DNA of 29,215 nucleotides, taken from contig DATNET010000130.1 of NCBI GenBank assembly GCA_035606745.1, positions 1 to 29,215 of the forward strand, read 5' to 3'. Source of the DNA: Tepidiformaceae bacterium (GTDB taxonomy: Bacteria > Chloroflexota > Dehalococcoidia > Tepidiformales > Tepidiformaceae). Below the pieces are notes generated by a model that was given only the letters and a program-made list of their open reading frames with translations, made no database searches and was not told the origin of the DNA. A program made the position numbers and the translations under genes. Position 1 is the stretch's first letter; every line of letters begins with the position of its first letter. Of the stretch, positions 7,901 to 16,294 are shown piece after piece.

Positions 7901-8130
7901 GGGTCTACATACCACGTCGTCTGTGTCCACCAATTCGGTGTGTCGTTTACGATTTCACCTGTTCCGACTACCGAATAGGCTCGCCCACCACTGGTCAGGT
8001 TGTTCGCGCTAAACGAGCCGACGTCGTAGCACGCGAAGTTATTCCCGTCCTGGTTATCCTGCCATCCCTGGTCAGCTCGTGCGCCCGCGCCGAGTAGGAT
8101 CACGGCGACTATTAAAGCCGACCGGCGCAC
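4933..8130 (-). CDS. Large tail-fibre/adhesin-like protein with N-terminal signal peptide (1065 aa)
   Basis: Gly/Ser/Thr-rich; fibre motifs VTPGSCTNCSATIDNFGRVTA and LPALTGDTHSSAG; about 24 Cys; N-terminus MRRSALIVAVILLGAGARA-D. Confidence 0.75.
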   Translation of the reverse strand: MRRSALIVAVILLGAGARADQGWQDNQDGNNFACYDVGSFSANNLTSGGRAYSVVGTGEIVNDTPNWWTQTTWYVDPQSIFGTCSDGNTGLTAGGPLCNYSELARRLAGATLASTVTMTVHGQSAQNASDTPIFTYYTTSQSQVTFVATQTVLYTGTVSTYTAATVGTPAADDNELSDTGIPVSYTASGLLANGVVFHRTSGTPCTWYAAKDLGSKTIRVSWPSNLLTACTPAPGDTYTASSMPLLSFAHFQGSQELGTVANGFMISDANVPGGQNLFYQQDWFTTHSRDGGVFYNCAFSANYNWLGNLFGGSVLVAGGLLRGTGSTEYTVVSPHWFNMEGGRLTFQGAGLDVEVATATAFQINFYDVSGLGGCLQVQTTARYQQTVEAIGGKGNTIPMVSVNNATATGVTVSDASTSAVNSIVVNGVGFHAADLPVNDVNSGSHLGSTGTPITSAGCAQFNTSGILSSTGSSCGSGSGTVTSVTGSGGLVCSPTSPNPTCTMDTFACSPGDFVSSASTGGLACTTPRYQAWTDNTFTPLPQETFSTAGAGLDITDDPGDAATVISLPILVTPGSCTNCSATIDNFGRVTAYAPGTAGADALATYEVTSSSHIPVNGVNLGALASGVNEQVTTAGVAAPLTYQCVASEVQIGAASGGGLAQTSNLTYGVLGNGLVVGGAPQATFPAEIDAQAASGSSFIATHTAGIGSGDYSGFVIYLGATLAGAPYFQYLVPALANTTFGASGSAILDSNTSSSGQFRIGNSSTSNGIDLYTGSSRTTRVHLASAGDLDFVAMTAPATPASGIGALYVDSGSKNIAVKDDAGNINHGIRTNSCGASHFFTAVGGDGSSTCSTVAFSDVTGSATCAQLPALTGDTHSSAGSCATVTDHLTDGAGTSFSTSGVFVPGQPFVATAGNHIATNAIKNFGRTTSIFYSWNDFGLFTGISCWLTPGPTGAGTINPCQPDGFGVVAELAKGFAANFCRVTVNVVVNSYAAAAVPLTFQVTRNGSNVTGCVTSGLAAGFTGVIDSGEVSVSGSASTDTWGVLAAGSYPGGTSSLYVDVEIYQ

Positions 8131-8131
8131 G

Positions 8132-8767
8132 TTACAGCCACAGGCCAGTAACGAACAGACGGAATGTTCCCGCAGTTACGCCCGTTGGCGCGGTAACCAC
8201 CTTGATAACAATTGGAGTGGTATTATCAAGCAGCGTGCCGAACGCGCCGAAGTTGTTACCCGTGATGATGATGGGTGGTGCGGTTGCTCCCGTGAGTCCA
8301 TTGAGCACGCCAGACGTGATAGTTCCAGCGGTGGTGCTCAGCATGTTTTGATGACTGGCATCATTGCCAGCCGAGAATACAAGCGAGCCGGATGCCGTTC
8401 CAGTAACAGAGGCAACCATCCAGCTCGACCGAAGGCCAAGGAAAAACTTGCCGGCGTTCGCAGGAAGAAACGCGATGTTGTCAGCGGGCGTTGTCATATC
8501 GATCGCGGCGCTGATATATGCCGCCGCCGGAACACCTCCGACAATCGCCGCCGCCTGAGCAGCCGTCATGGCTCCCGGAAGCGAAGCCGTCGCCGGATTG
8601 ATGAGCGCCGTGAGCTGCGTCGCCGTGAGAGCGACGGGAGATTCCGTGCCTCCGCCGGCTGGAACCCCGACCACCGTCGAATCGCCCTGGGTGGCTAGCT
8701 TCGAGAGGGCCAGCGTGCCGGCTGGGATGGTCGCTGGCGCCGAGGCTGCGGGGACGCTCGTTCCCAT
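8132..8767 (-). CDS. Short tail-fibre-like protein (211 aa)
   Basis: Shaft-like motifs TLALSKLATQGDSTVVG and ATASLPGAMTAAQAAAI, then a beta-rich C-terminal domain; TAATG coupling at 8767. Confidence 0.65.
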   Translation of the reverse strand: MGTSVPAASAPATIPAGTLALSKLATQGDSTVVGVPAGGGTESPVALTATQLTALINPATASLPGAMTAAQAAAIVGGVPAAAYISAAIDMTTPADNIAFLPANAGKFFLGLRSSWMVASVTGTASGSLVFSAGNDASHQNMLSTTAGTITSGVLNGLTGATAPPIIITGNNFGAFGTLLDNTTPIVIKVVTAPTGVTAGTFRLFVTGLWL

Positions 8768-9159
8768 TAGAAGCTCAGCGCCTTCTGGCCGCGCGAGAGC
8801 GTCAACGTCGGCTGCCATCCGGTCTGCGCCGTGCCACTGTTCAGCCAGGCCAGCTTCCAGTCCGCAAAACCGGACAGCGAGTAGTCAAACGGGCTGGCGA
8901 GAATGCCAGATGTTGCGCCGCCGCCGCGGGCGGCTACCGACGTGGTGGAATTGAGGTTCCACGTCGTTCCCTTGTCAGGGGACCAATAGGACTTGAGCGT
9001 TCCTGCGGCCGGATTGTCGACCATGAACTGGCCGCGATCGATTCCTTTGACCTGCATCAATCCGGCGCCAAGGGCGATGGTAGAATCGAAAAGAACGTAC
9101 TCGTTCGAATCTGCGGCTGGTGTTCCACCGGACACTCCGACTATAATGTCTTCAATCAC
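8767..9159 (-). CDS. Beta-rich virion structural protein (130 aa)
   Basis: Gly/Ser/Thr/Trp-rich; position among tail genes; GGAGGG upstream. Confidence 0.55.
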   Translation of the reverse strand: MIEDIIVGVSGGTPAADSNEYVLFDSTIALGAGLMQVKGIDRGQFMVDNPAAGTLKSYWSPDKGTTWNLNSTTSVAARGGGATSGILASPFDYSLSGFADWKLAWLNSGTAQTGWQPTLTLSRGQKALSF

Positions 9160-9163
9160 TGGC

Positions 9164-9406
9164 TTACCCTCCGAAAAGGTGGTGCATTACGTGGTGGACA
9201 ACGTGGTGGATGGCGCCCGAGTCGGGATGGTTCGGTAAATGGGCCGCCGAGGTTCCGTGGTGTGCCATCTCCGACATTTTGTGGCCGCCGTATTTCGCCC
9301 GCCCAATGGACGCGGCTAGGCCAGCCGGATTCGTTACGCCGGGTTGACCGGAGAGCTTGTGTTCCAGCGAGGCAAACTGGCCCCCGCCACCAAGGTGCAT
9401 GTTCAT
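9164..9406 (-). CDS. Small virion-associated protein with His-rich C-terminus (80 aa)
   Basis: GGGGQFASLEHKLS..NPAGLAASIGRAKYG resembles a recurrent small phage family (from memory); 13 His. Confidence 0.7.
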   Translation of the reverse strand: MNMHLGGGGQFASLEHKLSGQPGVTNPAGLAASIGRAKYGGHKMSEMAHHGTSAAHLPNHPDSGAIHHVVHHVMHHLFGG

Positions 9407-10305
9407 TGATTTCCTCCGGGAAGCGGTGAACCGGGAAGCGCTGTTCCTGGATTCCCCATGACCGCGCGCATGATTGGCGAGTTCAGAAAAGCCGTCGTCG
9501 GACTAACGACGTTGGCGATTCCGGCGCCAGTCGCATTCGCGATGGACGCCGGAACGGTAAGCCTTCCCATGATCGGCGGGAGAACGTGCGTTCCGGCCGA
9601 GGCCAGTGCAACGGGATTTCCGTGCAGAGCATGAACCGACTCATAGGCGGTCGGCGGCCGAAATTTGAGCGCGGCGTGAGCGGCTTCAACGTCCGGACTG
9701 CCCGTATGCGCGTCGTTCATGATCGTCTCAAGCTCACGCTCGACGTCAGCCCCGTTGGCCTTGAGGCGTTGTAGATGCTCGATCGCGTCCCCGACCTTCT
9801 GTCCCTTTAGGCTGCCGCCCTGAACGATCGCATCCAGATTGAACACGCCGGGATCTCCCCCTGACGCCTCGGTAGACTTGAGCAACTGAGCGGCACGCCC
9901 TCCTTTTGATTTCAGGATGGCGCTGGCCGGCTTCGACAGAGCGAGCCCGATCCCATGCATAAGTGCAGTGCCCATTGCGCCGTTAGCGATTTCTTGACCT
10001 ACGAAATCGTTGTCAAGCTCCTCGGGCCGCTTCGGAGAAACCGCGGCTTCGTCCTGTTCTTCTTGGCTCAAACCGGGTGAAAACTGATCCGCGATTGGAC
10101 CATGGGACTCGATCGGCCTGTTCTCGATCCCGAGCTTTTCGTCTTCGGCGACAGGATCTCCGTTGTCGCGTGGCTTCATGTTCGGACCTGGGAGCATCCC
10201 GAGGGCTTGGCGGGCGAGGGCCGCCTTCTCCGGAGGCGGATTGCCGTCAAGGAAGGCATGCAGTTTCGCCCGTGCCATTTCTGCCGTCTTCGGGTCGATG
10301 TCCAT
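9403..10305 (-). CDS. Putative internal virion/ejection protein (300 aa)
   Basis: Ala/Gly-rich helical protein, translationally coupled to the preceding ejection-like genes. Confidence 0.55.
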   Translation of the reverse strand: MDIDPKTAEMARAKLHAFLDGNPPPEKAALARQALGMLPGPNMKPRDNGDPVAEDEKLGIENRPIESHGPIADQFSPGLSQEEQDEAAVSPKRPEELDNDFVGQEIANGAMGTALMHGIGLALSKPASAILKSKGGRAAQLLKSTEASGGDPGVFNLDAIVQGGSLKGQKVGDAIEHLQRLKANGADVERELETIMNDAHTGSPDVEAAHAALKFRPPTAYESVHALHGNPVALASAGTHVLPPIMGRLTVPASIANATGAGIANVVSPTTAFLNSPIMRAVMGNPGTALPGSPLPGGNQ

Positions 10306-11825
10306 TACTTGATCCCCAGCCCTTCCATGATCTTCGCCAGCTTCTCCGAGTCGCTCGGTCCGTTGTTCGGCAGCGGAATCCCCAACTCCTTCGCGAACGC
10401 CCGGCGCTGTTCCTCAACGTGCGGCGCAACCTCGGGATCCTGCGCGTAGGCGCTCCGCGAACCCGCCGCATCTTCGAACGCCTCGAACTGGCCCTTTCCG
10501 ATCTCCTGCTGGGACTCGCGCAGTTCGCGGACGGTGGAGTTTAGCGAATCGATCCACGCCTGCGAGTGACGTCCGTTGTGCGTAGCCTGATAAGCCTTAT
10601 CCTTGGCCATTTCCAGCGGCCCGAGGCTGTGATTGTTGAACGCCCGCATGACGACAACGCCCGCCTTACCCCCTTGCGCGATCTGCGCGAGTGTGTCGGC
10701 CGCCGCCTGCTGCGATGTCGCCGAAGAATCCGGGCTCAACTCGCCCTTGATCTTCGTGAGGTTCTTGAGCGCCTTGAGATCCGCGTTCGTCCCGGCCGTC
10801 GATTGGAAGTGGTTGACGACTCCCATGTACTGCGTCCGCTTGCCGGTGTCGGCCTGTTCCTGTCGCGGACCGCCCATGAGAGCGGCGGCTTCGAGGCGCG
10901 TCTTGTTGTTCTCCGCGTTGCGACGGTTGCGGCCCTGCTCGGCGGTCTCGGTGTTGCCTTGTCGTTGTTCTGCGGTGAGCGCGAACTTGTTGCCGTAGTT
11001 CTCTTTCTCCTGCTCGCGCTGCTTGATCTCTTCGGCCGTACGGCTTGCGATGTTCGTCGCCTTGTTGTCGTCGGAGTACATCGAGAAGACGTGCTCTCGC
11101 GCCTTCGCCGGATCCATGCCGCTCTGCACGAGCGCCGAGAAAGCGTCGTCGTACTTCTTCCCGAGGCCCGTGCCGGGAACGGTCGACGGAAGCTGATAGT
11201 GATGATTCCCGATCACCGCTTCGAACAGCGGGTTCGACGGCTTGGGCGCTTCGTACGACGCAGCCTCGAACTTCGGCGCAGCAGACGCGGACGACATGAG
11301 CGCTTCGAGCTTCGCGTCAGGCTTCGCCTGCTGCATGCGCTCCTCAAGATCGGGCGACTCCTGCGGACCCTCGAAAACGGGATCGGGAGGCTTGGGATAA
11401 CCGGCAGGGCCTGCCCCGCTTGACGGCACTCCGGCGTCCGGACCGGCGCCCGCAAGTTCATGGTTCAACTGATCGTCGAACGACGGCGCTTGCGCGACCG
11501 GAGTCGCGGCGGTCAACGGGTTGAGGTGGATTCCGTAGGCGTTCGCCAGCGCTTCGGCTGCGCCTGGATTGGTCGGATGGAGCATCCCGATCGTCTGCAA
11601 TGCATGCGCCTGTTCGATGTCTTCCTTGCGCTTCTCGTCCGCCTGCTTCTGCTCGAATTCCTGCTGTTCGCGCAAGTCCTGCGCAGACTGGCGCTTCGCC
11701 TGATTCTCCGCGAACATGCGTTGAGTCTTGGCGTTGCGATTGCGCTCTACCATCTTCTGTGCCACCGACATGGGCGTCAGGTAGTCGATCGGCTTGTAGT
11801 ATTGGAGGAAGTTTAGATCGGCCAT
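10305..11825 (-). CDS. Putative DNA-ejection protein, gp16/gp20-like position (506 aa)
   Basis: Gln/Ala/Glu-rich coiled coils; follows the gp7-like gene. Confidence 0.6.
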   Translation of the reverse strand: MADLNFLQYYKPIDYLTPMSVAQKMVERNRNAKTQRMFAENQAKRQSAQDLREQQEFEQKQADEKRKEDIEQAHALQTIGMLHPTNPGAAEALANAYGIHLNPLTAATPVAQAPSFDDQLNHELAGAGPDAGVPSSGAGPAGYPKPPDPVFEGPQESPDLEERMQQAKPDAKLEALMSSASAAPKFEAASYEAPKPSNPLFEAVIGNHHYQLPSTVPGTGLGKKYDDAFSALVQSGMDPAKAREHVFSMYSDDNKATNIASRTAEEIKQREQEKENYGNKFALTAEQRQGNTETAEQGRNRRNAENNKTRLEAAALMGGPRQEQADTGKRTQYMGVVNHFQSTAGTNADLKALKNLTKIKGELSPDSSATSQQAAADTLAQIAQGGKAGVVVMRAFNNHSLGPLEMAKDKAYQATHNGRHSQAWIDSLNSTVRELRESQQEIGKGQFEAFEDAAGSRSAYAQDPEVAPHVEEQRRAFAKELGIPLPNNGPSDSEKLAKIMEGLGIK

Positions 11826-11827
11826 GG

Positions 11828-12589
11828 CTACAACAGGCTGCTAAGAATCCCCATGCCGCCGCCCATGAGTTGCGACATCATCTGCTGACGAGCGAGATAC
11901 GGAATCATTGCCGCCTGCCCGCTCAGTGAAAGTCCAGTGTTGTTCGCGTTGGTCCAGTCGGTTGCCGCGCCAGTGTCGTAACCACCGGCCAATCCGGCCT
12001 GGCCACCGGCCAGTCCCATGCCCATTCCGAGCATTTGACTGATCTGGTTGGCGTTCTCGCCCGACGCTCCGGCGGCAAGCGTGTCAAGTTGACCCTGGCG
12101 CTGCGCGCCCATGTTCGCCAGGTAATCCGAGTCCTGCTGCATACTGGCGCCGCCGTTGAACCCGCCGCGAGCTGCGGCAGCATTGTCGAGCGCCTTGATC
12201 CCGCGTCCGGTCGTGTACTCGTAGGCCGGATCGGTGCCGTTAGCACGCTCTCCGAACCACTGTTGAAGGATCCCCGGCCCGCTCTGCGTTCCATAGGTCG
12301 GCGTCGCAGGGGAAGTGCTCGGAGCAGGCGCAGGCGAAGAAACGGGAGACGTGCCCGTTCCGGTTCCGCCAGCCGCTGCCACCCCGGCATACGTGGTCCC
12401 CGGCGCACCGTATATCTCAGGTCCACCGAACGGGCTATTCAGCGGGGGTGTAGTCGCTGCCGTTCCCGGAGCGGTCGCGGAACTGAATCCCGGATATTCT
12501 CCAGTCGGGCTGATCGGCGCCGTTCCGGGTGCCGTATACGAAGTCGCGTTCGGCTTCGTCCCCACCAACGTGCTAACGGGGCCGGCCAC
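11828..12589 (-). CDS. P22 gp7-like DNA transfer (pilot) protein, C-terminal-type portion (253 aa)
   Basis: TDPAYEYTTGRGIKALDNAAAARGG motif and Gly/Met-rich C-terminus; GGAGG RBS and TAGTG overlap give the GTG start at 12589. Confidence 0.7.
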   Translation of the reverse strand: MAGPVSTLVGTKPNATSYTAPGTAPISPTGEYPGFSSATAPGTAATTPPLNSPFGGPEIYGAPGTTYAGVAAAGGTGTGTSPVSSPAPAPSTSPATPTYGTQSGPGILQQWFGERANGTDPAYEYTTGRGIKALDNAAAARGGFNGGASMQQDSDYLANMGAQRQGQLDTLAAGASGENANQISQMLGMGMGLAGGQAGLAGGYDTGAATDWTNANNTGLSLSGQAAMIPYLARQQMMSQLMGGGMGILSSLL

Positions 12590-12951
12590 TACCTGCCTCC
12601 GATCGGAGTGCTGCCCGGAACGCCAGGCGCTTTCGCCGGCATGATTCCGCCGGTTCCATACATCTGCCCGAACATCTGTTGCATTGGGCTGTAGTACTTC
12701 TCGGCGTTTCCTTCGCGGCTTAGAAGGAAATTCTTCACCTGATTGCCCTGGCTGTACGCCTGGCTGGAAAGCTTCTGGAGTTGGGCCGACAGACCGTTCG
12801 GATCGCCCTCCAGCCCGTTCATGATGCTGCTCAGACTCGGAAATCCGCCGCCGAACGCGCCGGTTCCGTTGGACTTGTCGTCCATGGCGGCTCCCGCGAT
12901 TCCAATGCCGCCGAGAGGCGCGAATGCAACGTCTTGCCAGGAAAGACCCAT
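12589..12951 (-). CDS. Ejection/pilot-like protein, N-terminal-type portion (120 aa)
   Basis: Gly-rich hydrophobic N-terminus FAPLGGIGIAGAAM followed by a Gln-rich helix; directly after the gp10-like gene. Confidence 0.6.
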   Translation of the reverse strand: MGLSWQDVAFAPLGGIGIAGAAMDDKSNGTGAFGGGFPSLSSIMNGLEGDPNGLSAQLQKLSSQAYSQGNQVKNFLLSREGNAEKYYSPMQQMFGQMYGTGGIMPAKAPGVPGSTPIGGR

Positions 12952-14442
12952 TTACACGTCCTGCACGTTGAAGGTTTCGGTTGCGCCGGTCAACGAGAAT
13001 GGTCCCCCTCCGGACCATTCAAGCTCCCACTGGCGTTGCTGATAGACGCCGAGATTGAACTTTTCGACGATCGGATTGTAGTCGCCCGCGACGCCAGCGG
13101 ACCAACTAACCACCGGGCGAAAATTGCCGAGGTTATCGCGATAGCGAAGCTCCACGACAGGTGCCGGTCCCGGTTGAGCAGTCGATCCACGTACGAACTG
13201 GAGACGCGCATAGCGGCACTCCTTCCAGTTGAAGGTGCCACGATTCTGAAAACCAGTTCGCGACACCGCTTTGAGTGTCGTTCCGAGATCATCTGTAGCC
13301 GCGAAAGTCAACTCAGCAATTGTACCATTCGCCAGACCAACAAGGTGGACATTTTGCTGCGGCGAGGCGCCGGGGACGTAGGCGTAGGAGGTCGGTGCCC
13401 AGGCCAACCAGTTGCCGCTGGCGTCAATGGTCCGAAACTCGCCCATCCATTTCGACGTGGTTCTGTCGTAGCAGAAGCCGCGTCCTTGTGTCGGAAACAC
13501 CCACAGCAGCAGATCCCAAACGCCGAGACGAATGCGAGCTGCCCAACAGTCAGAGACAACGAATCCTGGTTGCGTGATGTCGTTATCAATCGCAGGAGTC
13601 GATATGACGTTGTAACTTCGCCCGTCCGACAGGCCGAATCGGTGCTTGTCGTCGAGCCACGCGAAAGCGCCGATCTCGGTCACCGGAATAACGGAATAGG
13701 TCGCGCCGACGCCCGCTTGGACGGTCATCGCGGCCGAGAACGCAGTCGTCGGATCGGGCAGGTAAACCTGCGTCGTCTCCGTGCCAAAAACAAACACCTC
13801 GTTCGTGGTCGTAAACAGGGCCACCGCCGGATCGGGCCATGCTTCGGCTTCTTGAAAGTACGGCCCGACGATTGGCCACGTCGAGTGCGCGGGAGGACCC
13901 GGATCGGTCCACTGGAAATATCCGCTGAAACTGTTGTCGCAGCCGACGAAGCGCTGAGCGTTGTAGCCGATGTGCGTAAGCGCGAGCGGAGATCCATCCG
14001 GCATCGTCTGCCCCGGCGCCAGTCGCGACGACAAGCCGCCGCCCGTCCACTGTTGGGGACCGCCGCCTCCGGCAATGGCGACGCGGGTGGAGTCGTACGT
14101 GAAGATCGGTCGCCCTGAACCGTCAAGTCTGGTTGTAGCGTCGCCCGAAGACGACAGCGCGATCACGTTGCCAGGTCCAATCCACGCCCAGATGTAACGA
14201 TCGGCAGTAACAAAGACGATATAGTCGCCGACTTGATTGTGCCACGGGAAGATGCCGATGACCGGGGAGTTGTTCACCGGGGACGAAGACGGAAACGCGG
14301 ACCACGCGCGGATGCCGGGACGAATCGTCATTGACCCCGTTGGATCAACGAGCATGTTCACGAACAGCGGAGATGACCCTGAGAGTTCCCCGAGGCCGCT
14401 GGCCAGGCCATCCGCGAACGGTATGGGCTTCTCGTCGCTCAT
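12952..14442 (-). CDS. P22 gp10-like tail hub / packaged-DNA stabilization protein (496 aa)
   Basis: Beta-propeller-like aromatic pattern; AEAWPDPAVAL, VFGTETTQVY, VQAGVGATYSV and FAWLDD motifs; ATGA overlap at 14442. Confidence 0.8.
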   Translation of the reverse strand: MSDEKPIPFADGLASGLGELSGSSPLFVNMLVDPTGSMTIRPGIRAWSAFPSSSPVNNSPVIGIFPWHNQVGDYIVFVTADRYIWAWIGPGNVIALSSSGDATTRLDGSGRPIFTYDSTRVAIAGGGGPQQWTGGGLSSRLAPGQTMPDGSPLALTHIGYNAQRFVGCDNSFSGYFQWTDPGPPAHSTWPIVGPYFQEAEAWPDPAVALFTTTNEVFVFGTETTQVYLPDPTTAFSAAMTVQAGVGATYSVIPVTEIGAFAWLDDKHRFGLSDGRSYNVISTPAIDNDITQPGFVVSDCWAARIRLGVWDLLLWVFPTQGRGFCYDRTTSKWMGEFRTIDASGNWLAWAPTSYAYVPGASPQQNVHLVGLANGTIAELTFAATDDLGTTLKAVSRTGFQNRGTFNWKECRYARLQFVRGSTAQPGPAPVVELRYRDNLGNFRPVVSWSAGVAGDYNPIVEKFNLGVYQQRQWELEWSGGGPFSLTGATETFNVQDV

Positions 14443-15965
14443 GTAACCGTATCCTGGCGCCACATTTCGCGGTACTTAGACGTCGTGGTGTCCCAGTACC
14501 AGCCGACAGAAATCGTGTGACCGTCGGTCGTTGGGATTGACGCGTTTGCCACGAATACGGCATTCAAGGACCACGTAACCGCGCCCCCGGAAGCATTCTT
14601 GAAGTGCGTGACGAAGTATTGACCGCGCTCAGCGGCCGGCGTCGGCACGGGAGCCGCGACCGTCATCGTACCAGCGCCGCCGGAAGCAGCCACCAGAACT
14701 GAATCGTGACCGTACTGGCTGAGGATGGACAGCGTATTACCAATCGCCGCCGAGTACGTAATGCCTTCAACTCCGTTGGCGACTTGGAATAGATGCGGAT
14801 CCGTCGAAAGCCCAGACAGGTCGAACGGCAGCGCGTTCAGTCCGAGTGATGGGCAGCCAACTACGGAAAATCTAGCCCCCGTGAGTGCCGCATTGAACAG
14901 AATTCCTGTGCTGCCGATTCCGGACGGAAAAAAGTTTATTCCTCCCGAAAGCGAAACGTTAGCAGCTCCCAGCGTGAACTCCATGGGATACCCTGAAACG
15001 ATGCCGTATGACCCACCAATGATTACGGTGAACGGCGTTTCGCTCTTGAGGCCCCTCCCGGAAGCTTTCCCCTGTAAATTACACGATATCAATGTGAGTC
15101 CACTTGACGTATTACCCGACGAGTACAAACCAATCGTGAACAAAGGATTGCATCCGATGCGCTCCGCAAATACGCTGCTACATTGCGACAGTGTTATTGC
15201 GTTCCCGCTGGTCGAACTGGCATGCGACATGAAAAAGCCAGACAAATAAAGCGACGTACAGGAAGTGAAGTCGAATACGTCTGCTGAGGCGTTCGTCTGA
15301 TTAACGACGCTGGCGCTCGATCCGGTCCCCTTTACCGCTATTCCGGTCGCAGACGACAGAGAAATGGTTGCACTGGTCTTGTATGTCCCAGGACTAAGAT
15401 ACAGCGTACCGCCACCCGCTGCTTTGAGTGCATTGAGTGCGGCCTGAATCGCGCTGGTATCGTCATGCAGCCCGTCTCCGAGGGCTCCGAAGTCCTGCGG
15501 CGTGAGTTGCAGCGACGATAGGACAGCGTTGACAGCGCGCGGAGTCGTCCCGGTCGGTGCCTGGTAGTTTCCGTCAATGCCTCCAAGGCTCGTTCCAAGC
15601 GCCGTGAACCCCGCGTCTACCGTCAACTCAGCGGGAAATTTCGCATTAGCTAGTGCGGCCCCGGAGGCGACCGTTTGAAACACGGTATCGCTAATGACTG
15701 TACTTCCGTCAGCGGCGAGCACATAGAGCCGCACAGGACCGACGCAGTAAAGGCCGTTCGGATAGGTCGCATACGGAATCCTTCCGGCGTTGTCCAGTGT
15801 TACCGGCTGAGCGATCGCGATCGTCGCGGCGGCGTCCGAGTAGATCGGCGTCTGCGTCGTCGTTCCGACGATGTACGCGAAGAAACTACCTCCAGCGTTC
15901 GGCGTGCCGGTATTCGTGTTCGATCCGCTGATCGACAGCGGACCAATGAGAGAGCCTGCGCTCAC
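14439..15965 (-). CDS. Tailspike with head-binding N-terminus and pectate-lyase-like beta-helix (508 aa)
   Basis: TTTQTPIYSD..IAQPVTLDNAGR head-binding-type motif; TPQDFGALGDGLHDDTSAIQAAL..GGGTLYLSPGTY beta-helix cap. Confidence 0.85.
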   Translation of the reverse strand: MSAGSLIGPLSISGSNTNTGTPNAGGSFFAYIVGTTTQTPIYSDAAATIAIAQPVTLDNAGRIPYATYPNGLYCVGPVRLYVLAADGSTVISDTVFQTVASGAALANAKFPAELTVDAGFTALGTSLGGIDGNYQAPTGTTPRAVNAVLSSLQLTPQDFGALGDGLHDDTSAIQAALNALKAAGGGTLYLSPGTYKTSATISLSSATGIAVKGTGSSASVVNQTNASADVFDFTSCTSLYLSGFFMSHASSTSGNAITLSQCSSVFAERIGCNPLFTIGLYSSGNTSSGLTLISCNLQGKASGRGLKSETPFTVIIGGSYGIVSGYPMEFTLGAANVSLSGGINFFPSGIGSTGILFNAALTGARFSVVGCPSLGLNALPFDLSGLSTDPHLFQVANGVEGITYSAAIGNTLSILSQYGHDSVLVAASGGAGTMTVAAPVPTPAAERGQYFVTHFKNASGGAVTWSLNAVFVANASIPTTDGHTISVGWYWDTTTSKYREMWRQDTVT

Positions 15966-16294
15966 TTGGCGCCTCCGAACAGCAGTGACATAATCGCGCT
16001 CCCGAGGCCCGAGGACTGCATCTCCACCGGATCATGCTGTGCCGGCGGCAAAGGCGGCATACCACCAAGGGCGCGACGAGCGTCTGGTCCCATGTCCGTT
16101 TTCGGCTGCGTAAGGTATTGCATTGTTTCGAGGTAGTCACCCCATGGATCGCTCCTGGGTCGCTCGGGGTTGCCGTACTTGTCGAGCTTGTGCGTATTTG
16201 CCGATGGAATCAGGCTGCCAAGCTCGTCCAGCGTGACCGAATCCTTCCCGGTCTCGCTCGGTTTCATCGTCATCATATCGCCAAGCATGCCCAT
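15962..16294 (-). CDS. Hypothetical virion-region protein (110 aa)
   Basis: Coupled on both sides (TAGATG, GTGA); Met/Gly-rich ends. Confidence 0.6.
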   Translation of the reverse strand: MGMLGDMMTMKPSETGKDSVTLDELGSLIPSANTHKLDKYGNPERPRSDPWGDYLETMQYLTQPKTDMGPDARRALGGMPPLPPAQHDPVEMQSSGLGSAIMSLLFGGAK

